A DNA stretch of 63,336 bases, the filler included, from Coriobacteriales bacterium (GTDB lineage Bacteria > Actinomycetota > Coriobacteriia > Coriobacteriales > UBA8131), in assembly GCA_031263105.1 (NCBI GenBank). It is 6 parts of 6 records of this genome, joined end to end, with 100 filler letters (N's around TTAATTAATTAA, not from the genome) between each part and the next. Parts side by side here need not be neighbours in the genome. Positions count along the whole stretch, not along the records: positions 11,422 to 21,495 come from JAISGJ010000188.1; positions 21,596 to 30,834 come from JAISGJ010000116.1; 4 more parts are not named here. The stretch is one strand, 5' to 3'. Positions 18,378-28,336 of the stretch are shown here, piece after piece. The notes beneath the pieces were generated by a model that worked only from the letters and a program-made list of their open reading frames with translations, was not told where the DNA came from and did no database searches. The position numbers and the translations under genes were made by a program. The stretch's first letter is position 1; each line of letters starts with the position of its first letter.

Positions 18378-20465
18378 ATGAGGAAAAGAAAGAGGGAGAA
18401 GGAACAGCTCCCGCAAACCGGGCTGGATGCGCCAAGGCCCGAAGCCGAACCCACGACGCCGCAGGCTGCAACGCCGCTTCCCGGACAGGGGATGTCGCGA
18501 AGGAGCTTCCTGCGCGGCGGCGGGATGGCCCTGGGCGCGGCGCTCGGCGGCGCGGCGCTGGCAACGGGCGGCATCGGGCTTGTCGGCTGTGCGCCGGGTG
18601 CGGAGACGGACGCGGGCCCCGGAGCAGAGGCCGCAGCCCCAGGGGCCACAGGCGCCACAGGGGCCGCGCAGGTCGCCGAGGGCTACGAGGTGTACGACAC
18701 CGACCTGCTCATCATAGGCTCCGGCTGGGGCGGCATGGCGGCCGCGTTCACGGCGTCCGAGAAGGGCGTCAACACCATCCTCGTCGACAAGGGCCCCTAC
18801 AACTCGAGCGGCGCGACGGGAATCTGCTTCGACATCTTGCAGGGATGGTCCTACCGCCCACAGGGCTTCCAGGTGCCGGCGAAGGCGAGCTCGCTGTTGA
18901 ACATGAAGCTCTACTACAATGCCGCACTGGAGGACGAGACGGTCTTTCACATGGACCAGTGGGCGGTCAACCATGGCGACGTCTACGTCGACCGCAACCC
19001 CGACGGGACCATCAGGAACTCGCATGTCATCGACCCCGTGAGCCACATCCTCACCGAGCATGCGTTCCCCCGGTACGCAAAGGCCCTGCTTGAGTCGAAG
19101 CGCTTCGTCTCCCTCTACGACAGGACCATGCTGACCGACCTCATCATACAGGACGGGCAGTGCCTCGGCGCGGTGGGACTCCATCTGCCCACGGGCGCCT
19201 TCAGGGTGTTCAGGGCAAAGGCGACCCTGCTGCACACGGGCGACTGCACCTGGGCATACGGGTGGAGGACCGTCTCCCCCGACACCGCGAACTCGCCCGA
19301 CAGCACGGCGGACCTGGAGATGGCCGCGTTCAGGAGAGGCGCCGCCATCGGCGATGCGGAATGGATGGACTACGACCTTTTGACCTGCTACCCGACGAGC
19401 ATCAACTGCGGTTACGCCGCAGGCCTCGGAGGGGACAGCTACAACGCCGGCCACATGATGGACAGCACGGGGGAGAACTTCCTCCTCAACACCGAGCATT
19501 CGGTGGAGGAGTACTACGCGAACCGCGGCCTCTTCAACCGGACGATCGCCCAACGGATCAAGGACGGCTACGGGTCGCCCAACGGGGGCATTTACGTCGA
19601 TTACACCACCTCTGAGGTGCGGGAGAGGGCGCGCTACTTCTATGCGAGGAACATCGACCTGTTCAAGGACGTGTTCGACATAGACGTGGACACCGAGCCG
19701 GTGGAATGCCTCATGGAGCTCCAGTCCCACGGCGGCGCACCCGTCGTGGACGAGAACACCATGAGCGTCGACTACATGGGGCTGTTCTGCGGGCGCGGCG
19801 CCGGCATCGGGGGCGAGGCATCCCCGGCGGGCACCCACATGAACACGGAGATAGGGGCCTTCGCAGGGCGCTCCGCCATCAAGTACCTGCAAAACGACTA
19901 CAGGGCACCGGAGAGCTTCGACTGGTCCGGGGTGGACGCCGAGCTCGAGCGGCTCAACGGCATCCTGACCCAACGGCCCTCCGAGGGGCTGAGGCCGGTC
20001 GCCGTCCGCCGCGCGATACAGAAGGTGGGCGGGCAGTGCCTCGGGATCATACGGGTGACCGAGGAGCTCGAGGAGGGCCTTGCGGAACTGCAACGCATCC
20101 GAGAGGAGGACCTGCCGAGACAGACGGTCACCGACACGAGCAGGGCCTTCAATATAGAGTGGCGGGAGGCCATCGAGAACCAGAACCTCCTCGACGACAC
20201 CGAGCTGACGATCAGGGCGACGCTCGAGCGCAAGGAGACCCGGGGCTACTACTTCCGCCCCGACTACCCCGAGCGCGATGACGACAACTGGTTCTGCCAG
20301 CTGGCGTGCCGCCTCGCCAACGGGGAGTTCGTCTTCGAGAAGAACGAGCTGCCCCAGGTGGATTGGGACGCGGTCGATTGGGACGCGGTCAAGCCGGACC
20401 TTTGGTTCTACAAGGATCTGGAAGAGCCCGTCAGATGGAGGTTGCCGGAAGGAGTCCAAGAATGA
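18378..20465 (+). CDS. Tat-exported flavoprotein, SdhA/FrdA/AprA superfamily
   Basis: SRRSFLR Tat motif; DLLIIGSGWGG; AKATLLHTG; RKETRGYYFRPDYPERDD; RBS GAAGGAG. Confidence 0.88.
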   Translation: MRKRKREKEQLPQTGLDAPRPEAEPTTPQAATPLPGQGMSRRSFLRGGGMALGAALGGAALATGGIGLVGCAPGAETDAGPGAEAAAPGATGATGAAQVAEGYEVYDTDLLIIGSGWGGMAAAFTASEKGVNTILVDKGPYNSSGATGICFDILQGWSYRPQGFQVPAKASSLLNMKLYYNAALEDETVFHMDQWAVNHGDVYVDRNPDGTIRNSHVIDPVSHILTEHAFPRYAKALLESKRFVSLYDRTMLTDLIIQDGQCLGAVGLHLPTGAFRVFRAKATLLHTGDCTWAYGWRTVSPDTANSPDSTADLEMAAFRRGAAIGDAEWMDYDLLTCYPTSINCGYAAGLGGDSYNAGHMMDSTGENFLLNTEHSVEEYYANRGLFNRTIAQRIKDGYGSPNGGIYVDYTTSEVRERARYFYARNIDLFKDVFDIDVDTEPVECLMELQSHGGAPVVDENTMSVDYMGLFCGRGAGIGGEASPAGTHMNTEIGAFAGRSAIKYLQNDYRAPESFDWSGVDAELERLNGILTQRPSEGLRPVAVRRAIQKVGGQCLGIIRVTEELEEGLAELQRIREEDLPRQTVTDTSRAFNIEWREAIENQNLLDDTELTIRATLERKETRGYYFRPDYPERDDDNWFCQLACRLANGEFVFEKNELPQVDWDAVDWDAVKPDLWFYKDLEEPVRWRLPEGVQE

Positions 20466-21151
20466 ATATCACCGTGGTGCGGTTCGACCCTACAAAGGAC
20501 AAAGAGCCCTATGAATCGACCTATGACGTGCCCTGGTTCGAGCGGATGACCGCGCTTGAGGCAGTGGCGTACATCTATGAGAACCACGAGCCGATAGCCT
20601 TCGACTACTCGTGCCATGGGCGCTCCTGCGGCAGGTGCGGCATGACGGTGGACGGCGAGCCGAAGCTCACCTGCATCGCCCCCATCTCTGACGGCGACCA
20701 CACCATCGCGCCCCTCAAGGGCTACCCTGTGATCCGTGACCTCGTCGTCGACCAGAGCGGCGTCCAGAAGCTGACCTCGCGCCTGTACAACAGGGTCCAG
20801 ACGCACACGCTCTCCAAAGACGAGATCAACACCTTCGACATGGAGAACTACGAGAAGATATTCCAGATCTCATGGTGCACCCGCTGCGGACGCTGCACGT
20901 CGGACTGCCCGGCCGTGGCGGCCGACCCCGAGTACGTCGGCCCCATGAGCATGCTTGCGACCGCCTACCGTTATTACGACATCAACGACCAGGCCGACCG
21001 TGTGGTCGAGGCCTTGAACAACGGCCTGGCAAGCTGTATCCAATGCGGGAACTGCACCACGGTCTGCACCTCCAAGGAGCTCGACCACGTGACCTACTGG
21101 AAGCAGATACTGGCAGAGGCCAAAGAACGAGGCCTGCACTCCGACCTGTAG
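20462..21151 (+). CDS. SdhB/FrdB-type iron-sulfur subunit
   Basis: SCHGRSCGRC...LTC (2Fe-2S); VIRDLVVD; CTRCGRCTSDCP; CIQCGNCTTVC; ATGA overlap with the upstream gene. Confidence 0.92.
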   Translation: MNITVVRFDPTKDKEPYESTYDVPWFERMTALEAVAYIYENHEPIAFDYSCHGRSCGRCGMTVDGEPKLTCIAPISDGDHTIAPLKGYPVIRDLVVDQSGVQKLTSRLYNRVQTHTLSKDEINTFDMENYEKIFQISWCTRCGRCTSDCPAVAADPEYVGPMSMLATAYRYYDINDQADRVVEALNNGLASCIQCGNCTTVCTSKELDHVTYWKQILAEAKERGLHSDL

Positions 21152-21219
21152 GACGACGCAGGGCCCGGCAGGGCCCGGCACGCAAGGCCTAACAGGCAGG
21201 GCCGTCCCATCCGAGGCGG

Positions 21220-21304
21220 CCCTGCCGCGTCCGTAGGGAACGTCCTGCCGCGTCCGTAGGGGACGTCCTGCCGCGTCCGTAGGGGACGTCGTCCTCGACC
21301 TCCC
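21220..21304. repeat. Three tandem 23-bp units ending in a GTAG-type REP
   Basis: CCTGCCGCGTCCGTAGGGGACGT x3; last unit continues as GTAGGGGACGTCGTCCTCGACCTCCC. Confidence 0.8.
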
Positions 21305-21307
21305 GCC

Positions 21308-21495
21308 GTTACTGGCCCCTCCCCCCACTGCCATCCCGAGCCCCCACTGCCATCCCGGCCCCCACTGCCATCCCGAGCCCCCACTGCCATCCCGAGCCCC
21401 CACTGTCATCCCGAGCCCCCACTGTCATCCCGAGCCCCCACTGTCATCCCGAGCCCCCACTGTCATCCCGAGCCCCCACTGTCATCCCGAGCCTG
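21308..21495. mobile_element. Palindromic element copy 4 (left end plus tandem 19-bp arm units, cut by contig end)
   Basis: GTTAC then repeated CCCCCACTG(C/T)CATCCCGAG. Confidence 0.85.
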
Positions 21496-21595
21496 NNNNN
21501 NNNNNNNNNNNNNNNNNNNNNNNNNNNNNNNNNNNNNNNTTAATTAATTAANNNNNNNNNNNNNNNNNNNNNNNNNNNNNNNNNNNNNNNNNNNN
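21496..21595. other. Artificial contig spacer
   Basis: N44-TTAATTAATTAA-N44. Confidence 0.99.
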
Positions 21596-21654
21596 GGCGC
21601 ACAGCGGAATCACTGGGGGCGGAGGGGAGCTGGACCGGGACCGTTACTGGGAAC

Positions 21655-21816
21655 GTTACTGTTCTCCCCCCACTGTCATCCCGAGCCTGTCGAGGGATCC
21701 TCGACCGCGTAAGCGGTCGACTGCGACCGGAAGGTGCCTCGACTCATGGTCGGCTGCTCCGCAGCCGAGGATCCCTCGACAGGCTCGGGATGACAGTGGG
21801 GGGCGTGAACAGTCAT
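21655..21816. mobile_element. Palindromic element copy 5
   Basis: GTTACTGTTC...CCACTGTCATCCCGAGCCTGTCGAGGGATCC...GGATCCCTCGACAGGCTCGGGATGACAGTGG...GAACAGTCAT. Confidence 0.85.
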
Positions 21817-21879
21817 CTCCACGCCCGTCGCGCCCGCACTGCACCAGTCTCCACGCCCGTCGCGCCCGCACTGCACCAG
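21816..21879. repeat. 32-bp direct tandem duplication
   Basis: TCTCCACGCCCGTCGCGCCCGCACTGCACCAG x2. Confidence 0.85.
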
Positions 21880-22104
21880 CTTTCCAGCAGCAAGCCGTGA
21901 ATTCTGATAGACTATGCATCGCTGATTTCGACATATAAAAGGTTCGTCATATCGTTGGGGAGAGAACTTGGGTAGCACTTTGCAGGGACGAGGAGTCGGT
22001 AAGGCCGTTGCCTTTGTCGTCCGTTCGCTTGTTGCGGCAGCCATCTTCGTGTTCATGGCATACGCCATATTCGTCCTGAATATCTGACGGACACCTGACG
22101 GCCC

Positions 22105-23715
22105 ATGCTGTTCAACTCGTTGACGTTCCTGTTCTTCTTCCCCTTGGGCCTGCTGGGGTACTATGTCTGCCCTGCACGTCTGCGGCACGTCTACCTCCTT
22201 CTGGTCTCCGCCATCTTCTATATGTGGTGGAACCCCCTCTATATCCTCTTGCTCTACACCTCCATCATCCTCACCTATGTCTGCGGCCGTATCCTGGGGA
22301 GGACGGCTCCAGCGCCCTCCCTTCCCGCTTCTTCGGAGGCTCCTCTGGCGCAGCCCCTGCCGCCCGGCCCTCCGTCTGGGGATGCGTCTCGTCCTGCGCA
22401 GCGCAGCCGCCCGCCTCGCCCTGCCAGGTCCCGCAGCACCTATCTGCGCGTGGCGGTCATCGCCGCAACGCTGGCGATCAACCTGACGCTCCTTGCGGTG
22501 TTCAAGTACAACAACTTCGGCGCCTCGCTGATCAACCGGGGCTTCGCGCTCTTCGGGCTCACCGCCCAGATCCCGCATTTCGACATCATCTTGCCGGTGG
22601 GCATCAGCTTCTTCACGTTCCAGGCGCTGGGCTACATCATCGACGTCTATCGCGGCACCGTGGACGCGGAGAGGAACTTCGTCAGGTACGCCCTGTTCGT
22701 CTCCTTCTTCCCGCAGATGGTCGCAGGCCCCATCGAGCGGTCCCGGAACCTCCTGAGCCAGATCAAGGAGACGGGGAGGCTCAAGGTCGGCAGCTTCGAC
22801 GACATCTACCACGGTCTTGCCGCCATAATCTGGGGCTTCTTCATGAAGGTCGTCATCTCGGACCGCGTCGCGATCCTCGTCGACACCGTCTACGACTCCT
22901 GGTGGAACTACGGGCAGAGCGAGCTGGCCCTGGCCACGGTCGGCTTCGCGCTCCAGATATACTGCGACTTCTGGGCCTACAGCATCATCGCATGGGGCTG
23001 CGGCCGGATGATGGGCTTCAAGCTCGTGGTCAACTTCGAGCAGCCGTACTTCGCGCGCTCCATACGGGAGTTCTGGCAGCGCTGGCACATCTCGCTCTCC
23101 ACGTGGTTCAGGGACTACCTCTACATCCCCCTGGGCGGCAACCGCAAGGGGCGCTGGCGCAAGTACCTCAACACGATGATCGTCTTCGTCACCAGCGGCC
23201 TATGGCACGGGGCGAACCTCACCTTCATGGTCTGGGGCTTCCTGCACGGCGCCTACCAGGTGATCGGCGACATGACCAAGGGGATTCGGGAGAAGGCGAG
23301 GCTCAGGCTGAACGTCAAGGTCGAGGCCTTCAGCTACCGCCTTTTGCAGACGGGCATCACCTTCGTCCTGGTGTGCGTCGCATGGGTGTTCTTCCGGGCG
23401 GACTCCCTCACGGAGGCCCTCGGCATCCTCGGCAACCTGGTGTCCGACCCTGACCCGTGGCTCGTCTTCAACGGGGGGCTGTTCGACCTCGGCATCGACC
23501 GGCCCCATTTCAACGTGCTGATCCTCGCGGTCGTCGTGCTGTTCCTGGTCGACCGCGTGCGTTACCGGAAGGGGCTGCACCTGGCCGAGTACCTGCGGAC
23601 GCAGAACGTCTGGTTCCGCTGGGCGGTCCTTCTGGTGCTCCTTGTCTCGATACTGCTGTTCGGCGCCTACGGGCCGGAATACGACGCCAAGCAGTTCATA
23701 TACTTCCAATTCTGA
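22105..23715 (+). CDS. MBOAT-family O-acyltransferase (AlgI/PatA/DltB-like)
   Basis: MLFNS..FL.FF; LPVGISFFTFQ; FFPQMVAGPIER; FWQRWHISLSTWFRDYLYIPLGG; SGLWHGA; FIYFQF. Confidence 0.95.
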   Translation: MLFNSLTFLFFFPLGLLGYYVCPARLRHVYLLLVSAIFYMWWNPLYILLLYTSIILTYVCGRILGRTAPAPSLPASSEAPLAQPLPPGPPSGDASRPAQRSRPPRPARSRSTYLRVAVIAATLAINLTLLAVFKYNNFGASLINRGFALFGLTAQIPHFDIILPVGISFFTFQALGYIIDVYRGTVDAERNFVRYALFVSFFPQMVAGPIERSRNLLSQIKETGRLKVGSFDDIYHGLAAIIWGFFMKVVISDRVAILVDTVYDSWWNYGQSELALATVGFALQIYCDFWAYSIIAWGCGRMMGFKLVVNFEQPYFARSIREFWQRWHISLSTWFRDYLYIPLGGNRKGRWRKYLNTMIVFVTSGLWHGANLTFMVWGFLHGAYQVIGDMTKGIREKARLRLNVKVEAFSYRLLQTGITFVLVCVAWVFFRADSLTEALGILGNLVSDPDPWLVFNGGLFDLGIDRPHFNVLILAVVVLFLVDRVRYRKGLHLAEYLRTQNVWFRWAVLLVLLVSILLFGAYGPEYDAKQFIYFQF

Positions 23716-23728
23716 GAGGGGCGGACCC

Positions 23729-25315
23729 ATGGCTGAACATGAAGGCAAGGCAGGAGGAAGCTGGGGCCCACGGCAGGTGCTCAGCGCGTTGCTCGCCGTC
23801 GCCTTGGCAGGAAGCCTGGTGGCAGGCGTCAGCTGGGTATTGCTGCAGAAGGCCTTCTCCGGCTCGTTGCAGTACACCGCCCTCTATGACGCCCCGCAAG
23901 GCAGCTGCGACGTGATGGCGATCGGCAACTCGCACGTCTACTCGGACATCGCGCCGCACGTCCTCTACTCGGAGTTCGGCATCGCCTCCCTGAACTTCGC
24001 GACCTCGGGGGCGACGGGGTGGCAGGTCTACTACCAGCTGGTGGAGGCGCTGAAGTACCAGACCCCCCAGGTCGTGCTGATAGAGGCGTCCTGCTTCAGG
24101 GTGTCCAACGAATGGAACGAGAGCATCGGCTTTCAGATCGCGCCCATGAGGCCCTCGATGAACAAGCTGGACGACCTCACCGCATCGGCACCGCCCAAGG
24201 AGCGGGTGGGATGGGTCTTCGACATCAGCATCACGCACAACCGCGTCTTCGAGCTGGCCAAGAGCAGTTTCACGAACTACCAGGACAGGCCGCTGTACCG
24301 GGAATTCAAGGGCTACGAGCTTCGGGTGCCTTGGGGCACGCTGACGGAGAGCCAACAGAAGACGAGGGAGTTCGGCTTTCCTGCGGACTTCTCCCGGGAG
24401 CTGGGGGAGGGCCCCTACGAGGAGCCCGCCACGATCACCGACAAGCAGCAGGAGTACCTGGTAAAGATCATCGAGCTCTGCAAGGAGAAGGGGATCGCAC
24501 TGGAGATGGTGCTCTCGCCGTCCTACCTTGCGCTTGACCCTGCGTATGTGAAGGCGACCTGCGAGGAGTACGGCGTTCCCTTCATCGACTACGTCGCCGA
24601 CAGCGAGGAGCTCGCACTGGACTATCAGGAAGACTTCGGCGACACCGACCACCTCTCCTATCTCGGAGCCGAGAAATGGACGCGCGTCCTCTACCGGGAC
24701 GTCCTTGAGAAATATCAGCTCCCCGACCGCCGAGGCGATGCCGCCTATTCCTCTTGGGACGTCAATGCGGAGGTGATGGCTGCCAAGACCAAAGGCTACG
24801 ACATCAACGCGTCGCCCTTGATGGAGGACATGCGCGACCAGCTTGCCAAGGGTCCCCAAAAGGGCGTTCAGGCCGATGTGCTGCCTTCCTCCGAGTTGCC
24901 CTACGCTCACGTGCCCGAGGCCCTGCCCGTGGCAGCGGGCGACAAGGGCAGCCCCTATGCCCTCATACTGAACCTGAGCAACAACCCCACCGACCCCGAC
25001 AGGCGGATGACCGTGGGCGATGTCGTCGGCTTCGATCTTCCCGAGGAGGCCGCCGAGGCGGACAGCGGGGCATGGCTCGTCAGGGACGGCAGTGCAGAGA
25101 GACTGGACGGCCCCTCCCTGCCCTACGTGGAACTGGGGTCCGTGGTGGTCGACTACCGGTACGTGTGCGCCTTTGAGGCGGACGCAGAGGTATCGCCGGA
25201 TTTGTTGCTCGATAACATCCTCTTCACTGCCAGCGAGAACAGGGTTCAAATAGCCGTCTATGACGAGCGCTTGGACGAGGTCGTTAGCAGAAGGAGCCTC
25301 AAGAAGAAGGACTGA
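23729..25315 (+). CDS. Membrane-anchored SGNH-like partner of the MBOAT (AlgJ/DltD-like)
   Basis: N-terminal TM helix; IGNSH; DTDHLSYLGA (DxxH). Confidence 0.75.
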   Translation: MAEHEGKAGGSWGPRQVLSALLAVALAGSLVAGVSWVLLQKAFSGSLQYTALYDAPQGSCDVMAIGNSHVYSDIAPHVLYSEFGIASLNFATSGATGWQVYYQLVEALKYQTPQVVLIEASCFRVSNEWNESIGFQIAPMRPSMNKLDDLTASAPPKERVGWVFDISITHNRVFELAKSSFTNYQDRPLYREFKGYELRVPWGTLTESQQKTREFGFPADFSRELGEGPYEEPATITDKQQEYLVKIIELCKEKGIALEMVLSPSYLALDPAYVKATCEEYGVPFIDYVADSEELALDYQEDFGDTDHLSYLGAEKWTRVLYRDVLEKYQLPDRRGDAAYSSWDVNAEVMAAKTKGYDINASPLMEDMRDQLAKGPQKGVQADVLPSSELPYAHVPEALPVAAGDKGSPYALILNLSNNPTDPDRRMTVGDVVGFDLPEEAAEADSGAWLVRDGSAERLDGPSLPYVELGSVVVDYRYVCAFEADAEVSPDLLLDNILFTASENRVQIAVYDERLDEVVSRRSLKKKD

Positions 25316-25382
25316 GGGAGCCGTCCCGTCCTGCCCCCCGTGCGACCGCACCCCGCCCGCCTCAGCAAGGCGCTAACCAAAC

Positions 25383-25579
25383 GTTACAAGTCACACCACC
25401 CACTGTCATTCTCCGAGCGCAGCGGAGGTCCTTCGCTGCGCTCAGGATAAACTCCGCCGAGGACTCTTTGGACGCATCGGTGCCCGGTTGGCTGCTTCGC
25501 AGCCAAAGATTCCTCGGCTGCGGCGCGGCCACCGGCCGCGCCTCCGCTCGGAATGACAGTGGGGGTGTGAACGGTAGTT
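25383..25579. mobile_element. Palindromic element copy 6 (variant core)
   Basis: GTTAC start; CCACTGTCATT...GGAATGACAGTGG; partial flanking match AACCAAAC / GGCCAAAC. Confidence 0.8.
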
Positions 25580-25616
25580 GGCCAAACATAAAATATGTAA
25601 GACTCACAAAAAGTTG

Positions 25617-25645
25617 TTGCCCTTATCCAAAAATAGGCGTATCCT
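25617..25645 (+). promoter_or_regulatory. Putative sigma-70 promoter of the xdh-guaD operon
   Basis: TTGCCC-17 nt-TATCCT. Confidence 0.5.
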
Positions 25646-25727
25646 TTCAGGTAACGATACAGGGCGGCTCGCCGATATGTGGACAGATGTTCGACGGCCG
25701 TCCTTCCATACCAAAAGGAGTCATGCC

Positions 25728-27863
25728 ATGCGTCAGATCTCTCAGTCTGTCATCAAAAAGGACCACAAGGAGAAGATGGACGGCAGCGCCCTTTATGTAG
25801 GGGACTATCCCTGCAAGGACACGCTGTTCGGCGTCTTCGTCCGCTCCCCTCATGCGCACGCGTCATTCACGGAGATACGCTACCCCCCGATGCCTCCCGG
25901 CTGCTTCGCCGTCGATCATCGCGACGTTCCGGGCGAGAACATCGCCCATGTGGTGCTGGACGACTCGCCTGTCTTCGAGGAGTCCGAGGTCTTCTATCGG
26001 GGCGACCCGGTCGCCTTGGTCGTCGGCAGCAGCCGCGACGAGGCCGCAGGCCTCGCAGCCGCGACCGAGGTGGACTACGAGGTGCTGCCCGCCATCCTCG
26101 ACATCGACGATGCGGACACCGTCTTCTTCGACTACCGCTACGGTCGAGGCGAGGTCGAGGCGGCCTTCGCGCAGGCCGACAGGGTCTACGACGAGACCTT
26201 CGAGACCGGCTACCAGGAGCAGGGCTACCTGGAGCCGCAGGGGATGACAGGGCGCTACGCTGACGGCGTGCTCACCCTCCATGGGAGCCTGCAATGCCCC
26301 TACTACGTCCACGGCGCGGTCGCAAAGGCCCTCGGCCTGCCGGCGGCGAATGTCCGCATCGTCCAGGACTGCACGGGCGGCGGCTTCGGCGGCAAGGAGG
26401 CCTATCCCTCCATCCTCGCCTGCCAGGTGGCGGTCGCCGCCTGCAAGGCCCCCGGCAAGGAGGTCCGCGTCATATTCGAGCGCCGCGAGGACATGGAGTT
26501 CACGAGCAAACGGCACCCCTCGCGCAACCGCTACCGTGCCGCCGTCAAGGACGGCAGGATAACCGCCCTGGAGATCGACGTGCGCTTCAACTCGGGCGCC
26601 TTCACCACCCTCTCGCCCGTTGTGCTCCAACGCGGCGTCATCGCCGCCCCGGGCGTCTACGACGTGCCCAACCTCAAGGTGCAGGGGCGTGCGTTGCGCA
26701 CGCATACGGTGCCGACGGGGGCCTATCGGGGCTTCGGCGCCCCCCAGACCTTCTTCTCCATCGAGCGCCTGATGGACCACATCGCCTCCGATCTGGGGGT
26801 TGAGCCGCTGGACTTCAGGCTTGCGCACCTGGTGCGGCAGGGCAGCCCCACCTCGACCAGCGGCGTCTACCACTACCCCGTGCCCCTGCCGGAGATGGTC
26901 GACGAGGTGCTCGAGATGAGCGGCTTCAGGGCCAAGCGCAGGGCATACGCTGCCGAGCAGACAGGGCGCCACCGCTCGGGGATCGGCATCGCCCTGTGGT
27001 TCCATGGTGCCGGCTTCACGGGCAGCGGCGAGCGCGACATCATCAAGGGCGTCGCGCAGATACGCAAGCGCGCCGATGGGAAGATCGACGTCCTCACGTC
27101 CCAAAGCGACATCGGCCAGGGCATCAAGACCACGCTGACGAAGATCGTGGCCGCCGAGCTCGGCGTGCCCTACGACGACGTCAACCATATGAACCCCGAC
27201 ACCAAGGAGGTTCCCAACAGCGGCCCCACGGTCGCCAGCAGGAGCCTCATGGTCGTCGGCGAGCTGCTCAGGTGTGCGGCCGTCCGCCTGCGCGACGAAT
27301 GGCAGGACGGCGTGGAGCAGCTTGTCGAGGAACGCTACGTCGAACCGGACTTCATGGTGCCCTTCGACCAGGAGAAGTTCGAGGGCGACGCCTACCCCAC
27401 CTACGCCTGGGGCGTCTCGGCGGTCGAGCTGCGCTTCGATGCGCTGACAGGCGTGAGCGAGACACTCGGCTGCTGGAGCAGCTTCGACGTCGGCACGCCG
27501 ATGGACGTGGCCATCGTCACGGGCCAGATGGAGGGCGGCGTCCTCCAAGGGCTCGGCTATGCGTCCATGGAGCAGATGGAGACGGATGCCACCGGACGGA
27601 TACGCAACAACAGCTACAGCGACTACATCCTCCCCACCTCGCAGGACGTGCCCGAGCTCAAGACCCAGCTGCACGTCGTCGAGTACCCCTTCGGGCCCTA
27701 CGGCGCCAAGGGCGCCGGCGAGCTGCCCCTGGTGGGCGTGCCGGCGGCCTTCGTGGCCGCAGCGGAGCAGGCGCTCGGCACGGACGAGCTGAGACATATC
27801 CCCCTCAAGGCGGAGGAGGCCCTTCCTTACCTTATGGGCGGGGAGAGAGGGGTGCGGCGATGA
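25728..27863 (+). CDS. Xanthine dehydrogenase-family Mo-binding subunit
   Basis: GGGFGGKE, AYRGFGAPQ, DIGQG, GPYGAKGAGE; RBS AAGGAG. Confidence 0.93.
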   Translation: MRQISQSVIKKDHKEKMDGSALYVGDYPCKDTLFGVFVRSPHAHASFTEIRYPPMPPGCFAVDHRDVPGENIAHVVLDDSPVFEESEVFYRGDPVALVVGSSRDEAAGLAAATEVDYEVLPAILDIDDADTVFFDYRYGRGEVEAAFAQADRVYDETFETGYQEQGYLEPQGMTGRYADGVLTLHGSLQCPYYVHGAVAKALGLPAANVRIVQDCTGGGFGGKEAYPSILACQVAVAACKAPGKEVRVIFERREDMEFTSKRHPSRNRYRAAVKDGRITALEIDVRFNSGAFTTLSPVVLQRGVIAAPGVYDVPNLKVQGRALRTHTVPTGAYRGFGAPQTFFSIERLMDHIASDLGVEPLDFRLAHLVRQGSPTSTSGVYHYPVPLPEMVDEVLEMSGFRAKRRAYAAEQTGRHRSGIGIALWFHGAGFTGSGERDIIKGVAQIRKRADGKIDVLTSQSDIGQGIKTTLTKIVAAELGVPYDDVNHMNPDTKEVPNSGPTVASRSLMVVGELLRCAAVRLRDEWQDGVEQLVEERYVEPDFMVPFDQEKFEGDAYPTYAWGVSAVELRFDALTGVSETLGCWSSFDVGTPMDVAIVTGQMEGGVLQGLGYASMEQMETDATGRIRNNSYSDYILPTSQDVPELKTQLHVVEYPFGPYGAKGAGELPLVGVPAAFVAAAEQALGTDELRHIPLKAEEALPYLMGGERGVRR

Positions 27864-28336
27864 ACGTCACGGTCGATTTCGTCTTGAACGGCGACGCGGT
27901 CTCCTGGCAGGGCGACCCCGCAAGGAAGCTGCTCGACGTGCTGAGGGACGACCTGGGGCAGACCAGCGTGAAATGCGGCTGTCGGGAGGGGGAGTGCGGC
28001 GCCTGCAGCGTGCTGCTCGACGGGCTGCTCGCGAACAGCTGCCTCGTGGCCGCAGGCCGCCTCGCAGGCTCGGAGGTCACCACGATGGAGGGCTTCCGCA
28101 CGACGGAGCGCTTCAAGGTGCTGGACCGTGCGTTCGCCTCCCGTTCCGCCGTGCAGTGCGGCTACTGCATACCGGGGATGGTGCTCTCTGCCGAGGCCCT
28201 GCTCTCCCAGAACGCGAGGCCGACTGCCGAGGAGGTCCGCTTAGGGATCTCGGGCAACCTCTGCCGGTGCACAGGCTACAATGCGATAGTCGATGCGATA
28301 CTCGACGCCTCGAAGGAAGGTGAGGGACTATGGTGA
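27860..28336 (+). CDS. Xanthine dehydrogenase-family 2Fe-2S subunit
   Basis: CGCREGECGAC, QCGYCIPG, GNLCRCTGY. Confidence 0.95.
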   Translation: MNVTVDFVLNGDAVSWQGDPARKLLDVLRDDLGQTSVKCGCREGECGACSVLLDGLLANSCLVAAGRLAGSEVTTMEGFRTTERFKVLDRAFASRSAVQCGYCIPGMVLSAEALLSQNARPTAEEVRLGISGNLCRCTGYNAIVDAILDASKEGEGLW

